Below are positions 15,317-25,147 of a stretch of DNA of 64,000 bases, piece after piece. The position numbers and the translations under genes were made by a program. The notes beneath the pieces were generated by a model that was not told the origin of the DNA, searched no databases, and saw only the letters and a program-made list of their open reading frames with translations. The stretch's first letter is position 1. Each line of letters begins with the position of its first letter. Location of the stretch: contig CALFYW010000055.1 in NCBI GenBank assembly GCA_937952265.1, forward strand, positions 149,030 through 213,029. Direction: 5' to 3'. The DNA is from an uncultured bacterium. GTDB taxonomy: Bacteria > Patescibacteriota > Minisyncoccia > Phycocordibacterales > GCA-2401445.

Positions 15317-18304
15317 TTATTTAAGATGCTCGCTCAATTTGCAGAACTCGCAATGGCGATTTGTGCAGTGGGTGTTCCAGAATGAAAGCGTGTAGATATT
15401 CTCTACAATATCTTGCAATTCTCTTTTGAAGGTCGCCACTTGATCCACCGTAATATCAAAAGACTCCTTGCGGTATCGGCCTTTCGCATCAGGCTCAACG
15501 AAATCAATTTCTCCGGTGGTCATGTTAAAACTTCTTCCCGGAAGACTATCGAGTAATAGTTTGTAGAACAACAGTTGTCGAAATATTCCCCCATCTGATG
15601 TTTTAGTCTTACCTAAGATTACATTACGGCTCTTTGGTGTCCCTGTTTTGTAATCAACCACTGTCACGTGGTTCATCTCATCGTGTTCAATTTTGTCGAT
15701 CTTTCCCCTAAGCGGAAGCTCTCTTTTCCCTCCTGGAGCTTTAAAAGAGAGAGTTACCCCATTGACGGTAAATTCATTAAGGATGTTTCGGCTCCAGTGT
15801 AGGTGGTACTGCGCTAGATACCCACCGAGTGAGTGTTTCCCTCGTTTCCGATAAGCTCGCATTTCGTTTTGGGTGAGGTATGTGTTTGAAAGATGTTTTT
15901 GAAATTGAGAAAGGAGATAGTTTTTTGGAGTCGATCTTTTTTGTTGATAGGCATCAAAAAAATCACGTAATGCTGAATGTATTGCTGTTCCGTATTGTTG
16001 GTGCGGTGTCTGAAATCGAGGAATACGCAATAGGTTAGTAAAAAAATACTCCCACGGACATCGCAGAAAATTATTGATTGCGGTAACCGAAATACCTTGT
16101 TCAATGAATTGCTTCTGCAAAAATAGACGTTCCGCTTCTTCTATTTCCTTGGGCTTCCTTTTGCTCTGCGGAGGTTCTCCTAATTCTTTCTGATCCCCTT
16201 CTTCCCGGTATGAGGTCGGAATTTCATCAAGAAAGATTGATGGGAGCAGGAGGCGCCCGTCAGCTGATTGCTCTGCGTGAGTAATGGTTACGGATTCTTC
16301 TGCTCTGGTAAGCGCGACGAAGAATAGGCGTCGCTCATCGTAGAGATCCTCATCATCTGTCTTTTCTGCTGAACCATATATAGGTAACTCGAAAAATGAT
16401 TGTTTGCGTTGGTTACCCCATGTTCCATCAACGAGGTTTGTAATAATGACATGTTTGAATTCAAGCCCTTTTGATTTGTGTGCGGTAAGGAGATGAACTC
16501 GTCCCACCCCATTTTCTACTGACCGTGATTTTAATGAAAGATTGTGAGAGATCGCACCTTCAATATAGTTTAGGAAATCCTTGAGTGTATATGAATGATT
16601 CTGCACCGAGATATTTTTTGCATAAGAAAGCAGGGAGTGCATGAGTGCTATTTTCTCAAACTTCTTTTCATGGGTAAGTAGTTTCGTAATAAACCCTGAA
16701 TCGTAAGCAATATGTTCAATGGTATCGGTAACCCCGTTATTTTTTGCATGACGATGCCACCTTTTAAGTTTCTGGTAAGTTTCGGTAAGCTGTGAGGGTC
16801 TAATAAAGGAACTGTATTGAGGGGAGACATGGTGTAATTGTTGGTAAAGACTCTTTTGTCCACCTTTTTTAGGGCGTAGTAGTTCGTAGATATCTAATTG
16901 TTCTAGGTCTAGAAAATCAAAAAATAATATCTTAGAAAGATAGCTGTCTTCTCCAAAGTATTCTATTGCTCGTAGAAGATCTAAAAATTTTTGAATGTCC
17001 GTATCCTTGAGGAGTTCGTAATCTCGGTGCGCGTAGGTGTCTATTTGATACCGGTTTAGAGTTCGCTCAATTTCATCAAGCTCCCGGTTGTTTCGATAGA
17101 TTATTGCAATCTGAGAAGGAGAAACTCCGTTCTTGAGCATACCCTGAATCTGTTCCACGGTATATGCCAATTCTTCATCGTGTGAAGCGAGCTTCGTGGT
17201 GGTAATCTTTCTTCCTTTTTGATGTTTATACGAACGTAGAGAGATATACGGCGTTCCGTCTTTTTTATTATTGTGTTGGATAACTGCATGTGATGCGTCG
17301 AGTATTGTCTGAGTAGATCGATAGTTTTTCTCAAGAATGATTATTCTCTCTTGGGGGAATCGATTCATAAAGAAAAGGAAATTTTTTAAAGATGCCCCTT
17401 GGAAACGGAAGATCGCCTGTTTTTCATCCCCTACGATAAAAAGGTTTGGTGATTCGTGGAAATTCGTTAAAAGTTCGAGGAGTTCATTTTGAGCTCGGTT
17501 TGCATCTTGATGTTCATCCGCAAGCACGTACTGGAACGTCTCCTGGAGTTCGAGAGAAATCTCCCGATTTTTTCGAAGCAGGCGCACTACCTCAATAATC
17601 ATGTCCTCGTAATCATACCAGTGTTTTTCTTCTAGCTGTGTTTGATAGAGTGAATAGATACGAGCTAATTCTCTACTCGCTTCTATTCTTCGAAGCACTC
17701 GAGCAAATTGCGCTCGAATTTTCCCTTTAAATGCACCGGTATCGTGGTGTAATTGAGGATTATGTTTTATAGCATCCCTTTTTTTGTTTAATAACTTTTT
17801 AAATTGTGGTGGATCAATATCCTCTCTTTTTAATTCTTGTATTGCTTTAAGGATAGGTTTTACGTAGTACCTTGGGTTTCCGGGTGGACGAAGGTTCGTA
17901 TCTTTAAGCGTGCTGAGGCACTGTTCAATAATGCTGATTTGATCTATTTCAGTAATGTGATGGGCGCCAATAATGCGCTTGAAGGCATGTGGAAACCTGC
18001 GGATAATCTCATTTGAAAAACTGTGGAATGTATGAATGTTGATCCGGTATGCAGTCGGGCCGATGTAGGTAAGGAGTTTCTCTCTCATTGAGTGAACTCC
18101 TGACTCAGTAAAGGTCAAGGCAAGAATGTTCCCCGGTTGTGTGTCGGTCCTCTTTAGAATCTCTACGATTCGGAGCGTAAGGATGGTAGTCTTCCCTGTT
18201 CCTGGGCCCGCAATAACCATCACAGGACCCTCAATAGTATCTACTGCTTCCTTTTGTTTTTTATCTAGTTGCTGATACGCTTTTTCAAATTTTTCTCTAC
18301 TCAT
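15317..18304 (-). CDS. UvrD-type SF1 helicase with C-terminal PD-(D/E)XK nuclease
   Basis: AGPGTGKT, DEHQD, VGDEKQAIFRFQGA, NYRS, TAHKSKGLEF, RRLFFVALTRA; C-terminal GKIDKIE..VVDYKTG..QL.FY plus four Cys. Confidence 0.93.
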   Translation of the reverse strand: MSREKFEKAYQQLDKKQKEAVDTIEGPVMVIAGPGTGKTTILTLRIVEILKRTDTQPGNILALTFTESGVHSMREKLLTYIGPTAYRINIHTFHSFSNEIIRRFPHAFKRIIGAHHITEIDQISIIEQCLSTLKDTNLRPPGNPRYYVKPILKAIQELKREDIDPPQFKKLLNKKRDAIKHNPQLHHDTGAFKGKIRAQFARVLRRIEASRELARIYSLYQTQLEEKHWYDYEDMIIEVVRLLRKNREISLELQETFQYVLADEHQDANRAQNELLELLTNFHESPNLFIVGDEKQAIFRFQGASLKNFLFFMNRFPQERIIILEKNYRSTQTILDASHAVIQHNNKKDGTPYISLRSYKHQKGRKITTTKLASHDEELAYTVEQIQGMLKNGVSPSQIAIIYRNNRELDEIERTLNRYQIDTYAHRDYELLKDTDIQKFLDLLRAIEYFGEDSYLSKILFFDFLDLEQLDIYELLRPKKGGQKSLYQQLHHVSPQYSSFIRPSQLTETYQKLKRWHRHAKNNGVTDTIEHIAYDSGFITKLLTHEKKFEKIALMHSLLSYAKNISVQNHSYTLKDFLNYIEGAISHNLSLKSRSVENGVGRVHLLTAHKSKGLEFKHVIITNLVDGTWGNQRKQSFFELPIYGSAEKTDDEDLYDERRLFFVALTRAEESVTITHAEQSADGRLLLPSIFLDEIPTSYREEGDQKELGEPPQSKRKPKEIEEAERLFLQKQFIEQGISVTAINNFLRCPWEYFFTNLLRIPRFQTPHQQYGTAIHSALRDFFDAYQQKRSTPKNYLLSQFQKHLSNTYLTQNEMRAYRKRGKHSLGGYLAQYHLHWSRNILNEFTVNGVTLSFKAPGGKRELPLRGKIDKIEHDEMNHVTVVDYKTGTPKSRNVILGKTKTSDGGIFRQLLFYKLLLDSLPGRSFNMTTGEIDFVEPDAKGRYRKESFDITVDQVATFKRELQDIVENIYTLSFWNTHCTNRHCEFCKLSEHLK

Positions 18305-18320
18305 ATCGAGTAGCAGGAGG

Positions 18321-19589
18321 TTAATAGTTTTTCAGTTGATTTGATTCTTCGTGTTGCCGAATTTTCTCGTGAGCCTTCGCTTCAATCTGTCGGATTCTTT
18401 CTCGAGTCACCCCGAACTCTTTCCCTACTTCTTCCAATGTGTGGGTGATTCCGTCATGCAATCCATTTCGCATTTCAAGAATACGTCGTTCTTTCGGGGA
18501 AAGATCATCAAGAATATTTCGAATTTGATCAGCAAGAATACGCCGTGAGGATTCCTGGTCTGGAGAAAGAATTTTATCATCAGGGATAAAGTCTTTGAGT
18601 GTTGATTTACCGTCATCACCATCATCCCCTACGGGGCTCTCGAGAGAGACCGTGTCCTGATTTATTTTTTCAATGGTATGTATTTTTTCCACATCTACTC
18701 CCATTTCGACCGCGATCTCTTCAGGTAGTGGGTCTCGGCCAAGATCCTGGCTTAATCGTCGTACCACCTGCTTATATTTTGCGATCGTCTCCACCATGTG
18801 TACTGGTATGCGGATGGTTCTTGATTGATCGGCGAGCGCTCGTGTGATTGCTTGTCTGATCCACCATGTCGCATAGGTTGAAAATTTATATCCTTTTGTC
18901 CAATCAAATTTATCAACTGCTTTAAACAGTCCTAGGTTTCCTTCTTGGATTAGATCAAGAAGGGTGAGGTCTGGACTTCGTCCAACATATTTCTTTGCAA
19001 TTGAGACCACCAGTCGCAAGTTTGCTCGCGCCAGGAGGTTTGTTGCTTCAGTATCTCCCGCAATAATTCGCTGTGCCAACTCTCTTTCTTGTGCCGCGTT
19101 GAGGAGCGGGTATTGGCCAATCCCTTTTAGATACATTTGGATTGAGTCGTAATGATTATCACCGCCACTGTAGAGATATTTATTATTCCCTTCTGGACTG
19201 AGAGTATCAAGTTCGAGCATATTACCTCCTTCAAGCACATCAACGCCAGCAGTATTAAGTTTCTCGTAAATCTCCTCGAGGAAAATAATATCTTCTTCAA
19301 TATGTGGAAATTCTTTTAAAATTTCATCATACGTGACAAACCCACGTTCTTTTCCTTTAGTAAGAAGTCGATTGAGCCGAGCTTCTCGATCGGATGCAGA
19401 TTTCTTTCTTTTTGATGTTTTTGACGCTCGAGGACTTTTCTTCGACGCTATTTTCTTGGTCGATTTTTTTTGTTTTGAGTTTTGTTTTTTTGTAGTCCTC
19501 GATGTTCGGCTCGCTTTCTTCTTTTTTGATGATGATGTTGAGACTTTTTTCTTTGCAGTCGATTTTTTTGTTGATTTAGATTTTGGCAT
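18321..19589 (-). CDS. rpoD: Primary sigma-70 factor with Lys/Ser-rich N-terminal extension
   Basis: Region 1.1, [55 protein letters not shown]. Confidence 0.95.
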   Translation of the reverse strand: MPKSKSTKKSTAKKKVSTSSSKKKKASRTSRTTKKQNSKQKKSTKKIASKKSPRASKTSKRKKSASDREARLNRLLTKGKERGFVTYDEILKEFPHIEEDIIFLEEIYEKLNTAGVDVLEGGNMLELDTLSPEGNNKYLYSGGDNHYDSIQMYLKGIGQYPLLNAAQERELAQRIIAGDTEATNLLARANLRLVVSIAKKYVGRSPDLTLLDLIQEGNLGLFKAVDKFDWTKGYKFSTYATWWIRQAITRALADQSRTIRIPVHMVETIAKYKQVVRRLSQDLGRDPLPEEIAVEMGVDVEKIHTIEKINQDTVSLESPVGDDGDDGKSTLKDFIPDDKILSPDQESSRRILADQIRNILDDLSPKERRILEMRNGLHDGITHTLEEVGKEFGVTRERIRQIEAKAHEKIRQHEESNQLKNY

Positions 19590-19695
19590 AGAGATAGTGC
19601 TATTTTTGTTAGGCTTTTTTATTTTTTAAGTGGTGTTAGCGAGAGAATACCAGGCATTTTTTTGAGCCTGATCTGAAAGGTTATATTATATCATG

Positions 19696-21426
19696 TCAGG
19701 TAGCATGTAAATATTTTTGAGAAGAGAGCTGTTCTGCCGCATGATGGTATGCTTTAAGCGCTTCAGTAATCCTCTCTTCATCACCCGAGTGCTCAGCTTG
19801 GCGCAGTGCAACCGCGGCCTGCTCTTTTTCTCTAAGTAACACCTCTTTTTTCAACTCAAAAAGCAAGTCTTCCATTTCTTTCTCAAATTGTTCGGGGTCT
19901 TTGAGGCGGAGTTTTGCTTCAATTTGTGCCCGTGGAGTATCAATTTTTAATGCGCTAATTCTTTCAAATTCATCTTCTTGGGTAATTTTCTTCAACATAT
20001 CCTCCATTCGTTTTCTGTCGAATATTTTTTGGGGGAGATATTCTGCGATATGCATGAGTCTTCCGATTTGCCTTTCGACACGCTCTTTTCTTGTTCGTGA
20101 TTCTTTTGTTCTCTCTTGATTTTTTGCTCCCTCGGAGTGAGGAAGTGCTCGGGATTGAGACTCTTCGTAGTCACGCAATTCTTTTTCAAAGGTGGAGAGA
20201 TTAAGGTCAAGTTTTCGAACAATATCTCGCATAAACTCTTCTTGCACCATTCGATGAGGTATTTCCGCGACCAAGGGAATCAATCGTGCCCCGACTTCTT
20301 TTATTTGCTCATGTCGGTTATCAGCATAACGCTGAACCACTTTATCAAGAAAAAAATGAATGATTGGTTTTGGCTTTGAAAGGAGTGCTTCCCATTGCGA
20401 TGGGTCGGCTTTGATGATGGACGCGGGATCATTTCCGTTTGGTAAATCGCATACTAAAACATCAAAACCTTCTCGAAGCGCGCGAGCTCCGTTTGAAAAG
20501 AGTGAACGCTCTCCCGCGCCATCTGCGTCAAGCGCGAAATATATTTTTTGAGCTAAACGTTTAAGTATTTTGAATTGAGGATCGCTTAGGGCTGTTCCTG
20601 AGAGCGCAATCGTATTTTGCGTACCTGCTTGATGTGCCAATACCATATCGAGTTGTCCTTCTACGATGATTACCTCCTTGGTGTTTCGGATCGCTTGTTT
20701 CGCTTTGTCGTATCCATAAAGCGCATGTGACTTGTTGAAGAGAGGAGTCTCGGGGCTATTGATATATTTTGCTGATGCCGCGCTGTCTTTTGCGTCTGGC
20801 AATATTCTGCCAGAAAACGCGATGGTTCTCCCCGACGCGTCACAGATAGGAAACATGATTCTCTCACGAAATGTATCGTAGAAACCTCGCTGGCCTGATT
20901 TGCTTAATCCAACATGGAGAATATCTTGAGCTCGATGTTTTCTTTTTTGAGTGAGCCATTCATAGAGAGACTGCCACGAGGCAGGCGCAAAACCGATACG
21001 AAATTTTTTAGCGACTTCCTCCGTTACTCCCCGCTCTAGAAGATAGGCGCGCGCTCGGTCTGATTTGGTAAGAAGGAAGGCGTAGAAGCGTGTTGCATCC
21101 TCCATAATGTCAAAGAGTGTCTCTTGGTTATCTCGGTTCTGGTATTGATTGGTGAGTGTGATTCCTGCGCGTTCCGCGAGCATCCGAAGGGACCCCTTGA
21201 AATCAATACCTTCCATCTCTTGAATAAAGGTAAAGATATCACCTCCTTTTTGAGTAGAAAAACAGTAGTAGACATTCTCTTCAGGAGAGACAAAGAAAGA
21301 CGGTGTTTTTTCTTGCGAGAATGGGGATATGCCTTTATAGTTTTTTCCAGCTTTTTTAAGCGAAACGTAATCTGAGACCACGTCGACAATGCTAACCGCT
21401 TGTTTTATTCGGTCGATGTCATTCAT
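19696..21426 (-). CDS. dnaG: DNA primase
   Basis: EKTPSF, FRERIMFPI, KYINSPET, VEGQLD, D.D.AG TOPRIM motif; upstream of rpoD. Confidence 0.95.
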   Translation of the reverse strand: MNDIDRIKQAVSIVDVVSDYVSLKKAGKNYKGISPFSQEKTPSFFVSPEENVYYCFSTQKGGDIFTFIQEMEGIDFKGSLRMLAERAGITLTNQYQNRDNQETLFDIMEDATRFYAFLLTKSDRARAYLLERGVTEEVAKKFRIGFAPASWQSLYEWLTQKRKHRAQDILHVGLSKSGQRGFYDTFRERIMFPICDASGRTIAFSGRILPDAKDSAASAKYINSPETPLFNKSHALYGYDKAKQAIRNTKEVIIVEGQLDMVLAHQAGTQNTIALSGTALSDPQFKILKRLAQKIYFALDADGAGERSLFSNGARALREGFDVLVCDLPNGNDPASIIKADPSQWEALLSKPKPIIHFFLDKVVQRYADNRHEQIKEVGARLIPLVAEIPHRMVQEEFMRDIVRKLDLNLSTFEKELRDYEESQSRALPHSEGAKNQERTKESRTRKERVERQIGRLMHIAEYLPQKIFDRKRMEDMLKKITQEDEFERISALKIDTPRAQIEAKLRLKDPEQFEKEMEDLLFELKKEVLLREKEQAAVALRQAEHSGDEERITEALKAYHHAAEQLSSQKYLHAT

Positions 21427-21447
21427 GTGTCGTGATGACGAGAATAA

Positions 21448-24400
21448 CTAATTTTCCGCGTGCTTGCTGTGATTGTGTTCGGAAGATTCAAAGTCGCGAA
21501 CCGTTTGCACCATTTCATGTTTGGGGCTTCCGTGATATCCGGTTCCTGCGGGAATAAGGCGTCCGATAATGACGTTCTCCATAAGTCCTTTGAGTTGGTC
21601 AATACTCCCTCGAATCGCCGCGTTTATCAATACCTTAGTGGTGTGTTGGAAGGATGCCGCGGAGAGGAAGCTTGATCGGGTCAATGATACTTCTGAGATT
21701 CCAAGCACTAAGAGGTCTCCTTTTGCTTCTTCTCCGCCAGATTCTTTGGCCATTCGATTCTTTTCTTGGAGTTCTCCAAATTCGACAATATCACCAACTG
21801 AGAGATCGGTATCACCCGGATCAGTAACCTTTCGTCGGGAAAACATCTGGCGTACGATAACCTCAATGTGTTTTCGAGACATCGCTCCTCCTTGAAGTTC
21901 GTAAATCTTGCTAATTTCTTGAATGATATAGTTTTGCGCTTTCTCAATACCTGCGTACTTAAAGAGGTCTTGGATATCCGCTGATCCGTCAGTTAAGAGA
22001 TCTCCCCGTTTAACGGTATCTCCTTCTTTTACGGTAGTAATTCTCCTAAAGTGCACCTGGTATTCAGCAGGTTTTTTTATCTTGCTTCCTGCTTCAGGAC
22101 TTACGACAATCACTTTTTCTTTTCCTTCGTCCTTGATTTCAGAGACGATACCATCGATCGTGGCAATGACTGCTGGGTTTCTTGGGAGTCGGCGTTCAAA
22201 CACTTCTTCAACACGAGGCAGACCCGCGGTAATATCTCCACCTACCGTTGCGGTACCTCCTGAATGGAACGTACGCATAGTAAGCTGCGTTCCTGGTTCC
22301 CCAATAGCTTGTGCCGCAATAGTTCCAACCGCTTCTCCAACATCAACCACTTCGTTATTTCCAAGGTCTTGTCCATAACAGGTTTGGCAGATTCCCCGGA
22401 GTGTTTCGCATGAGAGCGGTGTACGCACTCGAACCGAATCAACCCCCGCATTCTCAATTGTTTTTGAGTCTTGTTTGGTAATGAAGTGTCCCTTCTTGAA
22501 TAATTTATTACCTTGAGCGTCTTTAATTTCTTCCGCAAGGAATCGTCCTCGGATTGCTTTTGCGAGAGAAAGTTCCATACCTGAAATATTTTCTTTCCTG
22601 ATGAGTGTCGACTGCTTAGTACCGCAATCTTTTTCGGAAATGATTGCGTCTTGCGCAACAACGAAAAGACGACGTGTTAAGTAACCTGCTTTCGCGGTGT
22701 TAAGTGCGGTATCCGCGAGACCTTTTCGCGATCCGTGAGTAGTGGTGAAGTATTCAATAGGAGTAAGACCTTCTTTTGAGGATGAAATTACTGGATACTC
22801 AATGACGTTTCCTGAGGTACTCGCAATAAGTCCCTTCATTCCCGCCATTTGGGTAATATTTCCAATGGTACCTCTTGCACCTGAGGTAATCATGTCGAAG
22901 ACCGAACCATTTGGATCTAGGGTTCCGGGAAGCATCTTCTCTACCTGATCTTTAGCAGAAAGCCAAATTTCAATATTTTTTCGATAACGCTCTTCTTCAG
23001 AAAGGAGTCCTTCGTTGTACTGTGCAAAAATTTCTTCAGAACGTGTTCGTGCGGCGCTGATTACTTCTCCTTTCTTCTCAGGTACTTTAATATCATCAAT
23101 ACCCCATGTGATTCCGGATCGGGTAATATAGTGGAAACCGAATGATTTGATTTTATCAAGGATTGGAGGAACCGCGTCAATGCCGTAACGGTTAATTAAG
23201 TCATCAACCAATGCTGACATCCCTTCCTTGTTGATTTCTTTATTGAGGAAGGGGTAATCATTTGGAAGCACGCTGTTGAAAAGAAGGCGTCCAACGGTTG
23301 TTTCAAAAACATTCCCTTCAAACTCTTTGTACTTTTCATTATTTGTTGGTAATACTTTAATCACCGCACGAAAACCAACAACGCCAAAATCGTATGCCGT
23401 AATCGCGTTATTTGGTGATGGGAAAATCTTTCCTTCGCCAATCTCTCCAGGGACGAGTTTGGTCATCCAGTAACAGCCGAGCACAATATCAAGTTTCGCA
23501 GAGACAATTGCCTCGCCATTACCCGGCCCTAAAAGATTTTTATTCGATGCCATGATCTCTTGCGCTTCTTTCTGCGCGGCACGAGAAAGGGGCACGTGCA
23601 CAGCCATTTGGTCGCCATCGAAATCCGCATTAAACGCGGTACAGATCAATGGGTGTACTTGTATCGCATTCCCTTCGATTAAGAGTGGCTTGAACGCTTG
23701 GATACCAAGACGGTGAAGTGTAGGGGCTCGGTTGAGCAGTACGTGCTTGTCTTTTATGACTTCTTCAAGTATTTCCCATACTTCTTCACGACCCTCATCA
23801 ATTAAACGTCCCGCGCCACGAATGTTGTACGCAAGCTGTCGTTTCAAGAGTTCCGCAATAATGAATGGTCTAAACAATTCTAGTGCCATGTGTTTTGGAA
23901 GGCCACATTCATTAAGTTTTAATTCTGGGCCTACCACAATCACTGATCGTCCAGAATAGTCAACGCGCTTACCCAGAAGGTTCTGACGAAGAATACCTGG
24001 CTTTCCTTTGAGATTATCGGAGAGTGATTTAAGCGGTCGACGTTGCGCTTGACTGATTGCCGAGAATGGCGCATTTCCGTGTCGAATTGAGTTATCAATG
24101 AGAGCATCAACTGCTTCTTGGAGAATTCTTTTTTCGTTTCGCAAAATAACATCAGGTGCGTTGATTTCAAGCAGTTTTTTCAAACGATTATTTCGGTTTA
24201 TCACTCGACGATAAAGGTCGTTTACGTCTGAAGTAGCATGGCGACCACCAACAAGCGCTACCATAGGCCGAAGGCCAGGAGGAATCACTGGTATGGTGTT
24301 CAGAAACATCCACTCAGGTCGAATTTGCGCGTTTATCATGCCTGAAATTAACGAGAGTCTTTTGTTGAGACGAACACGGTCTACCGCGTTTGCCTTTTCA

Positions 24401-25137
24401 AGCGCAACGATAATTTTTTCTTTGAGATTCTCTAAATCAATCTTTTTAAGGAGATCAAAAATAGCTTCACCTCCGATGCCCGCTTCAAACATGGTGCCAA
24501 ACTTCACTGAAAAACGGTGATAGGTTACCTCATCAAAAATAGCACCATCTCGAATACTCCCAACTTCTTTTTTGGTATGAAGCATGAGCTCTTTGAGTTT
24601 TTCCCGAGAACGTTCGTCATTGAGGTTCTTTGATTTGGTTCGGTATTCGTTGTCGATTTCCTTGAGGATTCGGTTTTTCTCACTCTCAACTACTTTGGTA
24701 ACAATGTAGCCAGCAAAATAAATCACCCGCTCAAGATCAGAGACATTAATACCGAGCAGTAAACCAATTCGTGAAGGAATACCGCGAAGAAACCAAATGT
24801 GTGCTACAGGCGTTGCAAGCTCGATATGCCCCATTCGTTCTCGACGAACAATTGATCGAGTAATCTCTACACCACATTTTTCACACACAATACCTCGATA
24901 GCGAATACCGCGATATTTTCCACAATAACATTCAAAATCTTTTTCTGGTCCAAAGATTTTTTCATCAAAGAGCCCGCCTTTCTCACTTCGCTGAGTACGA
25001 TAATTGATCGTTTCTGGTTTAACTACTTCCCCAAAAGACCATTCTTTAATACGTTCTGGAGAGGCAAGCTTAAGCGTGAGCATATTAAACTCTTCTTGAG
25101 CCACGTTTTTTGATTTTTTATGTGTTGATGTTTCCAT
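21448..25137 (-). CDS. rpoC: RNA polymerase beta' subunit
   Basis: KPETINYRT, Zn finger, LLGKRVDYSGRS, NADFDGD, GEPGTQLTMRTFH. Confidence 0.99.
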   Translation of the reverse strand: METSTHKKSKNVAQEEFNMLTLKLASPERIKEWSFGEVVKPETINYRTQRSEKGGLFDEKIFGPEKDFECYCGKYRGIRYRGIVCEKCGVEITRSIVRRERMGHIELATPVAHIWFLRGIPSRIGLLLGINVSDLERVIYFAGYIVTKVVESEKNRILKEIDNEYRTKSKNLNDERSREKLKELMLHTKKEVGSIRDGAIFDEVTYHRFSVKFGTMFEAGIGGEAIFDLLKKIDLENLKEKIIVALEKANAVDRVRLNKRLSLISGMINAQIRPEWMFLNTIPVIPPGLRPMVALVGGRHATSDVNDLYRRVINRNNRLKKLLEINAPDVILRNEKRILQEAVDALIDNSIRHGNAPFSAISQAQRRPLKSLSDNLKGKPGILRQNLLGKRVDYSGRSVIVVGPELKLNECGLPKHMALELFRPFIIAELLKRQLAYNIRGAGRLIDEGREEVWEILEEVIKDKHVLLNRAPTLHRLGIQAFKPLLIEGNAIQVHPLICTAFNADFDGDQMAVHVPLSRAAQKEAQEIMASNKNLLGPGNGEAIVSAKLDIVLGCYWMTKLVPGEIGEGKIFPSPNNAITAYDFGVVGFRAVIKVLPTNNEKYKEFEGNVFETTVGRLLFNSVLPNDYPFLNKEINKEGMSALVDDLINRYGIDAVPPILDKIKSFGFHYITRSGITWGIDDIKVPEKKGEVISAARTRSEEIFAQYNEGLLSEEERYRKNIEIWLSAKDQVEKMLPGTLDPNGSVFDMITSGARGTIGNITQMAGMKGLIASTSGNVIEYPVISSSKEGLTPIEYFTTTHGSRKGLADTALNTAKAGYLTRRLFVVAQDAIISEKDCGTKQSTLIRKENISGMELSLAKAIRGRFLAEEIKDAQGNKLFKKGHFITKQDSKTIENAGVDSVRVRTPLSCETLRGICQTCYGQDLGNNEVVDVGEAVGTIAAQAIGEPGTQLTMRTFHSGGTATVGGDITAGLPRVEEVFERRLPRNPAVIATIDGIVSEIKDEGKEKVIVVSPEAGSKIKKPAEYQVHFRRITTVKEGDTVKRGDLLTDGSADIQDLFKYAGIEKAQNYIIQEISKIYELQGGAMSRKHIEVIVRQMFSRRKVTDPGDTDLSVGDIVEFGELQEKNRMAKESGGEEAKGDLLVLGISEVSLTRSSFLSAASFQHTTKVLINAAIRGSIDQLKGLMENVIIGRLIPAGTGYHGSPKHEMVQTVRDFESSEHNHSKHAEN

Positions 25138-25147
25138 ACGTATATGT

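Noticed and set aside
19333-19629. Phe-rich plus-strand ORF and low-complexity DNA
   Set aside because: Antisense of the Lys-rich RpoD N-terminal extension.
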